This document shows, piece after piece, positions 10,146-23,900 of a stretch of DNA of 64,000 bases (positions are counted from its first letter, which is position 1; every line of letters begins with the position of its first letter). This DNA is from Vicugna vicugna (lineage: Eukaryota). The stretch is taken from contig MU058650.1 in NCBI GenBank assembly GCA_013265495.1, forward strand, positions 27,394 through 91,393. The letters run 5' to 3'. The notes beneath the pieces were generated by a model that searched no databases, was not told where the DNA came from, and saw only the letters and a list, made by a program, of their open reading frames with translations. A program made the position numbers and the translations under genes.

Positions 10146-11000
10146 GATGGGACACACCTCTGTTGTGAAGGATGCTGGAGAAAAGGATTTCTATTTTGTT
10201 CATTATTTGGGCTCCTAATTTCATTCTAATTTAATTTTGGATAAGCCAAAATAAGCCAAATAACACATTATTGCCATATAAACTAGTGTATCCCAAAATT
10301 TGCTATAGGTACTACTGATAAACTGAAAAAACATATATTTATAAATATACATAGAAATACAGAATGCATTTTTATATGTTGTTCTTATGGAATAATACAC
10401 TTTTAAGAAAGAAACAATGTACCAGATGCAGGAACACACAGAAGTTACATGGGAATGCCTTGTATTTAATCGCAGAGAGTGATGTCATTCTAGTAATTGG
10501 TTATTTTTATTGTTATAAAGTTTTTATAAGCATATGTAAATTATGAGTTCATTATTTCATCAGTGTGGCCAGTTTTATAGTTTATGTTACTACAAGTATG
10601 AATTAGAACTTTTTAATTCTTGATAGTTTTCTATCAATAAATTACTATTTTAAAAACTTTCCACGTTCAATTGCTTTGCAGACACTGCCGCAGTCAAAAA
10701 AATGTCTCCAACGCAGACTTGAAACTAGTTTTATTGTTTGTGATGCCTCATTTTGAGGCTCAGAAGTATCTGGAAGTTTCTGTAGCTGATGCTAATTCAG
10801 GTAGCTGCTAGGTTTAAGTTATACTGATTTGTGATCATTTCTCAGATGGAAGAGCAAGCTCCCCCGAGTGGATTCCCCGCTCCAGTGCAGCAATAATTTA
10901 TACATTTGGTGTCCTGGTGTTTATTGTAACCAACACTACTGAGAGTAATGTAACCAGTTTTACCCCAAAGAGCTTTATTTCAAAAAGCAGAATCCAGTAG

Positions 11001-11073
11001 CATCCCAAGTATTTTTTTTTTAACATTTTTTATTGATTTATAATCATTTTACAATGTTGTCATCCCAAGTATT
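11001..11073 (-). mobile_element. Extremely 5'-truncated young L1 insertion (47 bp) with 13-bp TSD
   Basis: CATCCCAAGTATT at 11001-11013 and 11061-11073 flanks poly-T + AACATTTTTTATTGATTTATAATCATTTTACAATGTTGT. Confidence 0.85.
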
Positions 11074-14000
11074 ATTTAAGCAGTAGAACATTTTTAGGCA
11101 CTTTGCAATCCTTAATTTGGAATAACTCCTTGTCTCACCCCTATGCCCATACATCATTGAAGATGAAATATTGGCACTTTCAGTTTCTTACTTTTTGGCA
11201 AAGAGAAGACAAGATTCCTGTGTCACTAATCAAAAATGACACACAATTCAGCATTTGTTCAGAAAAGAAATTCATTTAACAGAAAAGAAAATGGCCTTGG
11301 GAAGAAATGGCCATTTCGTGAGCAAACACAACCTTTACAAATATCAGATCCTGGAAGGGACTGCAGGGAGTTTTCTAACCCTGTTAAGCAAATGGGTTCT
11401 GGGGGCATTAAGTCTACACTTGTTTTAAAGAGGTTTGTATGTTCTGAGACTGACTAATCAATGAAAATACTGCAGAACTTGTATGTTACAAGGCTGAATT
11501 TTGAAGTACAGCAATATAACCTGTGAATAAAGATGAAGTGTTTGAAAATAAACATAAAAGGAATAGTGAAAACTTACTTCTCTGAAAAGTGTTATCTAAT
11601 AGACTTCAACTTTCTTATAAGATTACATAATATTTTTATTTGTGATCAATAGAAAGGCATTTTTACAGATCTTGCTTTGTCAGATATAGTCTTGCAGTGG
11701 TTCCATATTCCTAAGTCTGGATTAATGGTTTCTCTCAAATAGTACTTTGAATCATTTAAAGGTTTGTGGGTCAATGCACATTTAAAAACACTCAGCAGGA
11801 AGTTAAAAAAAATTAACTCCCATCAACTCAAAGTGATAGCAAACCTAGATGTGTCTTTCCAAGCTATATATGACCATAAGTGTATGATGCTTTGTAGCAG
11901 GTAGAGAAAGTGTACGTCCTGCTGTTGTATATCCAAATTACCGAGATGGATGAAAAACACAGGTTTTCTCCTGAAATAAAGAAGTGAGTACACTGAGGAA
12001 GAAAACATGCTTTATTATAACTGACTTTAACAAACAAAATAAACTCTGTGATTTCTTAAGCTGGTACCTCAGCCTAATTTTAGTTTTAAATATCTTTCTA
12101 TAAAAGCATAAAAACATTTTAAGCCTTCCAAAGCCACTTGCTTTGCTTTAAACTGAGTCAACTACTAAACAGATTGACATGTATTTCAAATACGATTAAT
12201 ACTGCCGTCATAAAATTGTATCAGTGTAATTCACCGCATGGTATATTTAAACTCTCATGACCCAAATTGCCTTTTTACATGACATTATCAAGATGAGGCA
12301 GGCTTTAAAAAAAATAGTAACTTAATTCTCTTTAGCCACAGTTTATGACAGAAAAGAAAGGAAATAGAAGCATTGATCATGTTTCAATTGGTTGGCGCAT
12401 TTCCTTTGATCACCATTTCTCAAGGTGATGAAAATGCCTTTTAATTTTTGCTGATCTATCGATATTCTTTTTGAATGTTGCAAATTGCCCACAGGAGTTT
12501 GACACCTAAGAAGATGATGAAAAATTATCTTACATCTGGCTGTAATATTCTTACAATTCTGAAGAACTGAACATTTAAAATATACATTTAAATGCATTAT
12601 GCCGGGAATCTGCTCCATGGCCACTTCTGAGACAAAAATACTCCATTTTGAGCAAAAGGGTCACTGAAATTCTGCAGTCTTTTTTTTTCTTCTTTTTTTT
12701 GTTTTTGTTTTTTATGTCCTTTCCTCCCTTCCTCTCTTTCTTTCTCCTTTCCTTCCTCCCACCTTCCTCCTCTACTTTCTGTCTCTTTCTTCTATTCTTT
12801 TATTTTTCCCCTTCACTTATCACAACTAAGACTTAAACCCACTTGGTACCTTAAAAGAAAGTTCTCCCCATACGTTATACCTGGAAATATGTTCTGATGA
12901 CTCAGAGACCCTCTCCGATTCTTCATTTCATGATACCTTTTCTCAAACCTTTGATAATGTTGGTCCTCAACCTTGGAATTTGCCTCTTCATGTTTAGGCT
13001 TCATTGTAAACTCTGTAACAATTTGGTTTTTCTTTCAACCCTGGATTTTTTTTTTTTTTTTTTTTTTTGGGCTAATTTTGGCTCCACAATCTGAAGCCTG
13101 TCCTTCCCTAGCACTTGCCTCATTTCTCTTTGCCTATGCCTTTAAAGAAGGGAGAATGGTTTCATGGAAAGGAAATAAAATGAAACACTGTAATACAAAG
13201 TAGTAGCTTCTTTCCTGGTATGTTAGTATAGAAAGGAAGGGAAAGGTTTGATTGTTGAAGACCTTGATTGCCAGAATACATGTCACCAAAAGACTTCGTT
13301 GAAGCTTTCATGATTAGGGCAGTAAAATGTTGAAAGTGATATTTCATAAAGTTTAATTTGACAGATGTACAAGAGGGATTAAAGAAAGATAATGGGGAAA
13401 GGACAGAGCCCACGTCAAAGGCACTGTGACGTGGAAGTGTGCTCCATACACAAGTGGGATCCGGAAGGTGCAATTTCCCTTCTCTTTTTTGAGAAAATGT
13501 GCTGCATACCCCAAACCCAGCGCATTAAAAAAATTCTGCTCTTGACTTAAAAGTAATATGAGATATCCCTCTAGTTTGTTTGTTTCTACTTACAGCTCTA
13601 TATTTATAAGACAGTGCTGATTTCTTAAAAATTGTTTCCAAGGATTCAGTTAGCACCTGTGTCTCTACCGCTCCTTGAATTTTCCAGCTTTTCACTCCTA
13701 TGAGTATGAATATATGTTTTGATAAACCTGTAAAGAAAGTATTTAACAATCTATATGATATGGACCACCATTTATTAAAGAATAAGTATGCAAGAATAAA
13801 ATATTTATCAAAGTACATTAAGTTTGATGTATACCTTCTTTAAAGGCTTTGATAATTCAGCAGTCATGTGAAGAGCTTTTAATGATGAAAATCAATTAGC
13901 ATTATGCTGATAAGGAGAGGATTTATGAGTCAATAAATATTTATAGTTGACAGGCATATTGCCAACTGCATTTTCATAGTAGATGAAAAGTGTAGAATTT

Positions 14001-15639
14001 GAGGTTTGCAAGGCGTGTGTGTGTGTGTTTACATGAAATACACTCATCTTAAATCTTTCCAACCATAGATATGTTGAATTGCGATTACTTTGCTTTATGA
14101 AGATCTCTCAGCTGCTGGGTAGTGTATTGGTTGGTAAAATCAGGTCCAGTTTGTTTGTGTTCCTCTAAATGGAGCATCTAATTATTGGGCAAATTAAACA
14201 TTAGATTATTTTGCCACTTGCTATAAATATTTGAAAATGATTGCCATTGGAATACATAAACAGCTACATTTTCTTATGAAGTGAGCTGATGCATTTTGCT
14301 TGCTAGTAGAATATCTATGTTTACAGCACATGCAACAGTCTCCAATAAGTGGAAAAATAAATGACACTAATGGCTCCCTGCTCTGAGGACAGTGTTCAAA
14401 GCTATTTAGCCTTCCATTCAAGATTCTTCCAAATCTGGCCCCTACTTAACCTGAATCTCTCTCACAAATGTCCTTCTTCTGTTGAGTTACTTCATTTACG
14501 ATTTCTTGATATCTCTTCCTTCCCTCACCTCTAAGGTTTATGTTCTTTTTTCATTATAGAATGCACTGTCTTGTTACCCTTTTCCCGCAAACTAACTTTT
14601 GAATTGCTGATCCTTTTAAACCACCCATCACACACGCCAACGTCTCCAAAAAGACTCCCGTCATCTTCCAAACTATGCATCTGCCTTTAGTGATGTGCAG
14701 ACCTTGTTTGGATACTGATTTGAACAAACTGTAAAGCAATATCTCTGACATAATTGGAGAAATGTGTATATGGAATGGGAAAAAGATGATACTAAGGATC
14801 TATAGTATAACAAAAGTATGCTCGTTATGTCAAAAATAGCTCTTATCACTTAGACATGCATACTGAATGATTACAAATGGTGTATTTGATATTGGATTTA
14901 AAATATTCCAATAAAAAGTATGATAGATAATAAAAAAGTTGGCAAAATTTGACAAACACTGACAACTACTGAAGCATACTGAAGGATATGTGGTGTTCAT
15001 TTTACATATTATATAGAAAGATATTCAGTGTGGGTGTGTGTGTTTTTTACAAAAATGGTTCAAGTGCTATAGGGCAAATAACTTTTGCTATTCTTACAAC
15101 AGGAAAAGTAAGCTTTCAGTGATTTAACATAATAACTATAAGAGACTCTGTGTGTGAATAAAATTTTATTCTACAGTGTTTAACGTGCCAGTTCAACATG
15201 TAAAAATATTACTTTGGTTGCACGGTGTCCTACCCCCTTGTATGTCAGAAGACTGTTGGGTGCTCAGTGACTCTCGTTTCTTCCCCCTTCTCTAAGGACC
15301 TGGATTTTACTATTTATAACTGTCTGGCTTGAAGGAGTCAACACAACAGCCAGCCACTGGCCCAAAACGTCTTACTCTCGTTCTAAGAATGACCAACAAC
15401 TCTGTAAAACACAAAGAATACATTTTTTTCTTTGCTAGACAAACTGGATCCACTCATTCTTAATATCATGAAAGAGAAATTATGTGTAGAAAACTTTTCT
15501 TTAATAGACATACCAGAGATTCGTTAAGGGGATATAGAAATTGTGGGCATGACTAAGTAGTAAATACCAAAGAAAGACGGCAGTTGAAGACAGAAAACAT
15601 TGGATTGGTGATTTGAGCACTAGACTTTGTCATTGTCAA

Positions 15640-16510
15640 GTCTTCTTCTCATACTTTTTGTCTTCCCATCTTTGTTGCCATTTTCCTAAACAAGGGCCTC
15701 CACGCCTTCAAAGCCTCTAACCTTGATTATCTCCATTAGCGTGCTCAAAACCACCCCCCAAAGCCCCAAATCTAAGTTATTTTCTTATGCTTGTTAAAGC
15801 AGCACAACCTCCAAAGAAGTTCCCTCCCCTCCCAGCTTTCATGCGACCGCCTTCCATTGACAGAGGTGCACATTCATTTCCCTGTGGGTTCCTTCAGCAG
15901 CTTTCACATTGGTCTTTTTCTTCTATTTTTTTTCTTTCTCCAGTAAATACTATCAAGAGCTTCCAGATTAGGCTTCCTAAAACATGACCCTTACCCCACC
16001 ACTCCCGTGCTCAATAGCTCACTATTTCCTATCCAGTAAAGCCCATTCTTGTTCACTCAACATTTTAGGCCTGACAGATCTGTCTGGGGTTTATATTCTA
16101 ATTGTGACTTATTTTAAGCACTTGAATGTGCAAATCAGTGGAAGTAATTGCACTTCCCTGAAAATATCCTATACTTTTGGGTCTCCATTCTTTTACCTTA
16201 TTATTTTAAAACATCTCTTTTCATACATTTCCACTTGGGATCTCTCCAGTTCCTTTTTCATCATCCTTTCATTTAAGTCTTTCCTGGTCCTTGTTAGAAT
16301 CAGCCTTTTGCTCTTAAGGTTCTTCAATGCTTCATGTGTGTCTTTGTTGGAATATTTCCTCTCACTGGTATTATAACATGGTATGAGCTTTATTTATCCA
16401 ATCAGTCATAAGTTTTTGAGGACAAAGCTTATCTATTTCACCTTTGTACCCCTAATCTTTGGCATAGTGGCCTGTGGTTAGGATGTGTATAGTAAATATT
16501 GGCAAAAGGG
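15640..16510 (+). mobile_element. L2 fragments
   Basis: Pyrimidine-rich degraded sequence ending in an L2-like 3' end (TTTGAGGACAAAG..TTCACCTTTGTACCCC..GGCATAGTGGCCTG..GTAAATATT). Confidence 0.5.
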
Positions 16511-16589
16511 CTGGTAGAGAGAACACTAAAAGTTCTATGAAAAGGCCATGAGAGAGCAAGGAAAAATAATGCTTTCACAAATTTTAAAC

Positions 16590-16810
16590 ATTATGATGTT
16601 TAAATTCCAGTTATTAAACAAATTATCAGCATTTAATTAGGCATTAGGCTAGTGCATTCTTTGCATTGCCACATTGAATTTTCTCGATTCAATAACTTTC
16701 TAGATGAGGAAAGTGAAACTTCATGAGATTCAGTAACTTATTTATACGTGTTCTCTCTGGTTCAAATTCAGATTTGCTTGAAGTCAAACCTTGTCGCTTT
16801 TCTATTATTA
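16590..16810 (-). mobile_element. MIR fragment
   Basis: AGATGAGGAAAGTGAAAC...GATTCAGTAACTT...GGTTCAAATTCAG core. Confidence 0.55.
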
Positions 16811-17336
16811 AATGTGTCTGGTAAACCCTGGAGTTTATAAGACACAACTCAAAGGGCAGCTTAAGAGACATTAAAAAAGAAAAGGCTCAAACAGGTGCTA
16901 TTCCACTTCCCCAACCCCTACTTCAGTATCAGAAGCTTCTTAATTTTTTTCAGTGAAGTTTTTTATTTTTTATTTTTACCTACAAGGTGGGGCACTCACT
17001 TGCTTATTTTCATTATTTTCTTTATTATCTATTATCCTATACCCAAGGATTTCACGTATTTAATTTGCTTACAGGTATTAAATATATAACCCTCAATGTA
17101 GCATGCCCAAAGTAGGCATGTCATGAGCCTGCATGCATACTTAACTCCATCATGTTCTAACACATATGTTCTAATTCACTTTCGTAGCTGTTCTCAGAAC
17201 CAATTTCTAAGTAAATTTCATTTTTAAAAAATCAGTTTCATCACTTGATAGTCTCAATTTCAACTTGCTACAAAGTGTTTTGGTTCCTTCCAGAAATTCT
17301 TCAACCCTGACAGGAAGAGACCATTGTGAAGATACT

Positions 17337-17565
17337 TAAAATGTAGTGCTTATTTACTTATTTTAATTTAGATACAATTGACATATGACATATTAATGTC
17401 AGGCGATCAACACAGTGTTCGATATCTGTATATATTGCAAAATGATCACAACATGGTGACTATAGTTAATAATACTGTGTTGCATATTTAAAATTTTCAA
17501 AGAGAGTAGATCTTAAAAGTTCTCATCACAAGAAAAAAGTTGTAGCTAAGTAAAATGTAGTTCTT
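17337..17565 (-). mobile_element. Short L1MA-type 3' end with internal inversion and 15-bp TSD
   Basis: TAAAATGTAGTGCTT (17337-17351) and TAAAATGTAGTTCTT (17551-17565) flank an antisense L1 tail joined near 17452 to a sense 3'UTR piece (GAGAGTAGATCTTAAAAGTTCTCATCAC). Confidence 0.75.
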
Positions 17566-18339
17566 TGAACTTTAAAATTTAAAGCCAACTCCAAAAAGAA
17601 ATTTTAACAATTATTTGGGTGATGCATATCTCCTCACTGGTGGCCACTTAAAAGAGAGCTCGCTCGAATGTATATATTCTTGTGTAGATTTGCATTCTGA
17701 TATGTATATATATACACATACATATATGTGTATATATTTGAAATATATATAATATTTTTTAAAATTCATATTTCTCTAATTACATTTTATATCATAAATG
17801 TCAACCAACCACTGTATATCAGAAATTTCAAAAAGATTTGAAAAAGAAAATTTCTCTGGGAATAAAGGGAAACAGGAAAATTTTCATGAAGGAAATGTGA
17901 TATTTGAGTAGTCCATGGCACTCTGGCATAGGTAGATGAATAACCTTAAGATATTCCAAAGTTAAAGTTTTCCAAAGCATTTCCTGGGATGCTGTCCCTA
18001 CAAGATGCTGTCACATGCAGAGGGAGCAGGAGGGAGGGTCATGGTCAAATGTGTTGGGAAAACTACGTCCCCTCTTGGAGACTTAAGGAGTGTTAATAGT
18101 TTGTCAAAGATTCAGAAATATTTGTCAGGAAAAAAAGGTTTGACTTTATGTTTCCAAAATAAACATACTCACTTCATATTATATCATTTTTATATTCTTA
18201 TATCACCTTTGATAACCCCCTAATTCCCCATGTAAGCAGAGCTGAGATATTTAAGCTAATGATTATGCTATTTCTTCCAATGAACATACACATTTTTGGG
18301 ACTTGAACAAATTCCTGTGTTTTTATTCAGTTTAACATT

Positions 18340-18500
18340 TAGAAGTTGTATGATTATGGAAAGTTATTTAATTTCTCTGCACCTCAGTCTCCTTATTTGT
18401 AAAGCAGGGATAGCATAATATAGATTCATGAAGTTTTGAGAGGACTTAATGAGTCAGTGCATGCAAAGTGCCTGGAACTATGTTCAGTCACTCAGTAACG
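18340..18500 (+). mobile_element. MIR fragment
   Basis: AAGTTATTTAATTTCTCTGCACCTCAGTCTCCTTATTTGTAAAG core. Confidence 0.7.
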
Positions 18501-19371
18501 GTGTGATACTGGACAATTCCTTGAGACCAGCTAGAAAACATTAATAATTCCACACGGTGGCAATCTTTCCTATTGGAAGCCTCCAGTTATGGGAAAGTGA
18601 TGTGAATGAGTACACAGAGCTATAAACAGAGGTACTTTTCCTGCAATGCACACTGAAGAATTTTCCAAAGCATCAAATGCCTGGAAACAGTCTGTGCAGA
18701 GGCGGTCCAGATCACGCACAGTGTCTGTGCCTCAGAGGGTGACTCTCCTTTATTTTCCTTTTCATGGGTTAAAAAATACATAAACTTCTTCTCACCTCTA
18801 GAGAATCGTGTATTACACAAGAAAGCCAAAAATTTACATGGGCTTTATTCTGGGTATGCAAAAAGCATAGCATTGGACAATTATATAGAGAAGACAGAAT
18901 ACATATTGCTGATTTTTCCATTATTAAGAAGATAACCATTCGGTTTCCTCAAATTTGTAAAGTTGTAGAGAATATGGTCTTTGTAATGTGTTATTCACAT
19001 ATGTTCAAAAGAGTCCCTGAGATTCCTTGGCAACTATACTTCCACCTTCACCTTCCAGAAAGACACACTTCATTCACCTACGCAACCAGAAAGATGTGTT
19101 AGGAATCTGGACACATTTCATCTAATTTTTATCAGGAAGAACAAGTAGAAAATGAATATTTAAATGTGCAATCTCTATTGCCTTTAAAACCTCTACTGTT
19201 TTGGGTCTAAGGATAAAATAATACTACTGAGAAATGATTGTGAAAGTGTTCTGTAAATGGCAGATTATTATAAAAATATGTTTACTGATAGCAGTAATAA
19301 TAAATTAGTGTCTGGGGCTTTTCCCATTTAAGTCTATAATTATACCTCAAAGGAGGGATCAACCTCAGTAG

Positions 19372-20985
19372 TTTCACTTCTTTTAATATGATAATCACCA
19401 GACTCATTTATGTTACTGAAAATGGCATTATTTCATTATTTTGTGTGGTTAAATAATATTCAAATATATATATGTGTGTATATGTGTATATATATATGTA
19501 TACACCCCCACACACATTTTTATCCATTCGTCTGTCAATGGAAATTTAGCTTGCTTCCATGTCTTGGCTATAGTAAACAGTGTTGCTACAAATATTGGTG
19601 TGCATGTATCTTTTCAAATTTGAGTTTTCTCCAGCTATATGACCAGGAGTCATATTGCTGGATCATATGGCAACTCTATCTTTAGTTCTTAAGCAACATC
19701 CGTACTGTTCGCAATAGTAGCTGGATCCACTTACATACCCTTCAGCAGGGTAGGAAAGTTCCCTTTTCTCCATGTCCTTTCCAGCATTTATTATTTGTAG
19801 ATTTAATGATAGCCATTCTTACTGATGTGAGATGATACTTCATTGTAGTTTTGACTTGTATTTCTCTGATAATGAGAGATACAGAACATCTTTTCACATG
19901 CCTGCTGGCCATCTGTATGTCTTCTTTGGAGAACTGTCTATTCAGGTCTTCTGCCCACTTTTTAAGCTGCACGAGCTCTTGATATGTTTTGGAAATTAAT
20001 CTCTTTCAGTCTCAACATTTGCATATATTTCCTTCCATTCCACTTGTTGTCTTTTTGTTTTGTTTATGGTTTCCTTTGCTGTGTAATAGGTTTTAAGTTT
20101 AATTAGGCCCCATTTGCTGATTTTTGCTTTTATTTCCATTACTCTGGAAGACAGATTGAAAAAAATATTGCTGCTATTATATCAAAGAGTGTTCTGCCTC
20201 TGTTTTCCTCCAGGAGTTTTAGAGTATCTGGTCTTACATTTAGGTCTTTAATCCATTTTGAGGGGGTTTTGTATATATTGTTAGAGAACATTCTAATTTT
20301 ATTCTTCTACATGTAGCTGTCTACTTTCTCCAGCACCACTTGTTCAAGAGGCTGCCTTTTCTCTGTTATCTATTCTTACATCCTTTGCTGTAGATTAATT
20401 GACCATAAGTACATCAGTGTTTTTTCTGGACCTTCTATCCTGTTCCATTGATCTGTGTCTGTTTCTGTGCCAATATCATGCTATTTTGATTACTGTAACT
20501 TTGTAGTATATTGTGAAGTCAGGAAGAACAATTTCTCCAGCTCTGTTCTTTTTTCTCAAGATTATTTTAGCTATTCAGACTCGTTTGTGTTTCCATACAA
20601 ATTTTAAAATAATTTCTTCCAGTTCTGTGAAAAATGCCACTGGTAATTTGAAGGGGATTGCATTAAATCTGTATATTGCTGAGATAGTATGGCCATTTTA
20701 ACAATATTATTCCTTCTAGTCCAAGAACATCTATTTGTGTTGTCTTCAACTCCTTTCAGTCAGTACCTTATCATTTTGGATTACAGGTATTTTGCCTCCT
20801 TAGGTAGGTTTATTCCTAGCTATTTCATTATTTTTGATGCAATGATAAATGGGATTATTTCCTTAATTTCTTTTTCTGATATGTTGTTGATAATGTATAT
20901 AAATATAACAAATTTCTGTATGTTAGTTTTTATCTTGCAACTTTATCAGATTCATCCATGGGCTTTAGTAGTTTTCTGCTAGGGT
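19372..20985 (-). mobile_element. L1 fragment (3' part of ORF2 and part of the 3'UTR)
   Basis: Minus-strand [49 protein letters not shown] (L1 ORF2 C-terminal region). Confidence 0.92.
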
Positions 20986-20989
20986 TTCT

Positions 20990-23900
20990 TATAATACCTG
21001 GTAGCAATTATATATATAGACTGCTATACCAAAACCTCATGATAACTGCAAACCAAAAATCTATAATAGATAATACACACAAAAATGAAAAAGGAATTCA
21101 GATAGTCACCAAATCACAAGAGAAGAGAACAAAAAAAGAGAAGAAAAAAAAAGATGTATAAAAACAAATCTGAAACAATCAACAAAATGGCAATAAGAGC
21201 ATACATATCAATAATGACCTTAAATGTAAATGGAATAAATGCACCAACCAAAAGACACAGACTGGCTTGAATGGGTACAGAAACAAGAACCCATATATTT
21301 TCTGCCTACAAAAAACTCATCTCAGATCTAGAGATACATACAGACCAAAAATGAGGGGATCAAAAAATGTGCTACAAATAAATGGAAGTCAAAAGAAAGG
21401 CAGAGTAGCAATACTTATATCAGACCAAACAGACTTTAAAATAAAGACTGTTACAGGAGACAGAGGGACTACAGAATGACCATGGGATAAAGCCAAGAAG
21501 AAGATACAACAATTGCAACTATATATGCACCCAGGGTAGGATCAGTGCAATATATAAGGCAAATGTTAACAGACACAATGGGAGGAATTGGCAGTAACAG
21601 TAACAGTGGGGTAGGGGCTTTAAAACCTCACTTACACCAAAGGACAGGTCATCCAGACAGAAAATCAGTAAGAAAACACAGGCCTAAAGACACATGAGAC
21701 TAGATGGACTTCATTGATATTTATAGAGCATTCCATCTGAAAACAGTAGAATACATATTCTTTTCAAGGGGACATGGAACATTCTCCAGGATAGATCACA
21801 TGCTGGGTCACAAATCAAGCCTTGGTAAATTTAAGAAAATTGAAATCATATTGAGAGTCTTTCCTGACCACAGCACTATGAGACTTGAAATCAACTGGAA
21901 GAAGAAAAAACCTGCAAAAAACCCCACAAACACATTGATGCTAACCAACATGCTACTAAACAACCAATGGCTCACTGAAGACATCAAAGAAGAAAACAAA
22001 AATGAAAAAAACACCTACAGACAAATCGAAACAAAAACATGAGCATCCAAAACCTATGGGATAGAGCAAAAGTAGTTCTAAGAGGGAAGTTTATAGTGAT
22101 AAAAGATTACCTTGAGACACACACACAAAAATCTCAAATGAACAACCTAACCTTACAACTAAAGCAACTAGAGAAAGAAAAACAAGGAAACCCAAAGTTA
22201 GTAGAAGGAAGGGAATCATAAACATCAGAGCAGAAATAAATGACATAGAGACTAAAAATAAACAATAGAAAAAAATCAATAAAACTAAAAGCTGGTTCTT
22301 TGAAAGGATAAACAAAAATGATAAACCTTTAGCCAGACTCATCAAGAAGAAGGAGAGGGCCAAAATTAATAAAATCAGAAATGCAAAAAGAGAAGTTACA
22401 ACCAACACCATAGAAATACAAAGATCATAAGCAGCTACTACAAATAATTATACACCAAACAAATGGACAAGCTAGAATGGACAAATTCTCAGAAAGGCAG
22501 AATGTCACAGGACTAAATGAGAAAGAAATAGAAGATATGAACAGACCATTTACCAATACTGAAATTGAATCAGTCATTTAAAAACTCCCAACAAACAAAA
22601 GTCCACAGGCAGAATTCACAGGTGAGAAAAGTTGACACCTATTCTTCTGAAATTATTCCAAAAAAATTCCCAAGGAAGGAACAATTTCAAACTCATTTTA
22701 TGAGGCCACTATCACCCTGAAACCCAAACCAGACAAATAGGTCACAAAAAAAGAAATTACAGGCCAATATCACTGATGAACGTAGATGCAAATGTCTTCA
22801 ACAAAATACTAGCAAGTTGACTCCAACAATGTATTAAAAGGATCAGACTCCTTTTAATATAGTGGGATTTATCCCAAGGACATGAGGAATTTTCAATACT
22901 CACAAATCAATCAATGTGATACACCACATTAACAAATTAAAGAAATAAAACCATATGGTAATCTCAATAGATGCAGAAAAAAGCTTTTAATAAAATTCAA
23001 CTTATGATAAAAAAAATTCTTTGGAAAATGGGCATAGAGGAACACACCTCAACATAATAGAGGCCATATATGACAAACCCACAGCTGTCATCATACTCCA
23101 TGGTGAAAGGCTGAAAGCATTTTCTCTAAGATCTGTTCTTCAAGACAAGGATGCACACTCTCACTACTTTTATTCAACATAGTTTTGGAGGTCCTAGCCA
23201 CAGCAGTCAGAGGAGAAAACGAAATTTTAAAAATCCAATTTGGAAAAGAAGTAAAACTGTCATTGTTTGCAGATGACATGATAACATACATACAAACTCC
23301 TAAAGATACTGACAGAATGCTGCTAGATTTCATTAACGAATTTAGTAAAGTTGCAAGGTACAAAATTAGTAAGGAGAAATCTTGCAATTCTATGCACTAA
23401 CAACAACGTAGTGGAAAAAGATGTTAAGGAAACAATCCCATTTACCACTGCATCAAAAAAAAAAATCTATATATATCTAGGGATAAGCCTACCTACAGGG
23501 AGAAAACACTTGTACTCTGAGAAATAAGATGCTGATGAAAGAAATTGAAGACAACAGAAACAGATGGAAAGATATACCATGTTCTTGGACTGCAAGAATC
23601 CATATTGTTAAAATGACCATTATATCCAAGGCAATATACAGAGTCATTGCAATCTGTATCAAATTACCAATGATGTTTTTCACAGAACTGGAACAAAAAG
23701 TTTTTAATTTGTATGGAAACACAAAAGACCTCAAATAGCCAAGATAATCTTGAGAAAGAGCAGAGTTGGAAGAATGCTCCCTGACTTCAGAGTATAGTAC
23801 AAACCTACAGTAATCAAAACAGTATGGCACTGGAACAAAAACAGACACATAGATCAATGGAACAGGATGGAAAGCTCATGCACTCATGGTTAATTAATCT

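Noticed and set aside
11845..11972. Possible minus-strand exon (TTTATTTCAG acceptor ... AG/GTTTGC donor)
   Set aside because: Weak donor and no recognisable peptide in any frame; cannot be supported without transcript data.
17099..17123. p53-like pair TAGCATGCCC-N5-AGGCATGTCA
   Set aside because: Each half-site has a mismatch and the 5-bp spacer is unfavourable; ~9 kb from the DUXC remnant.
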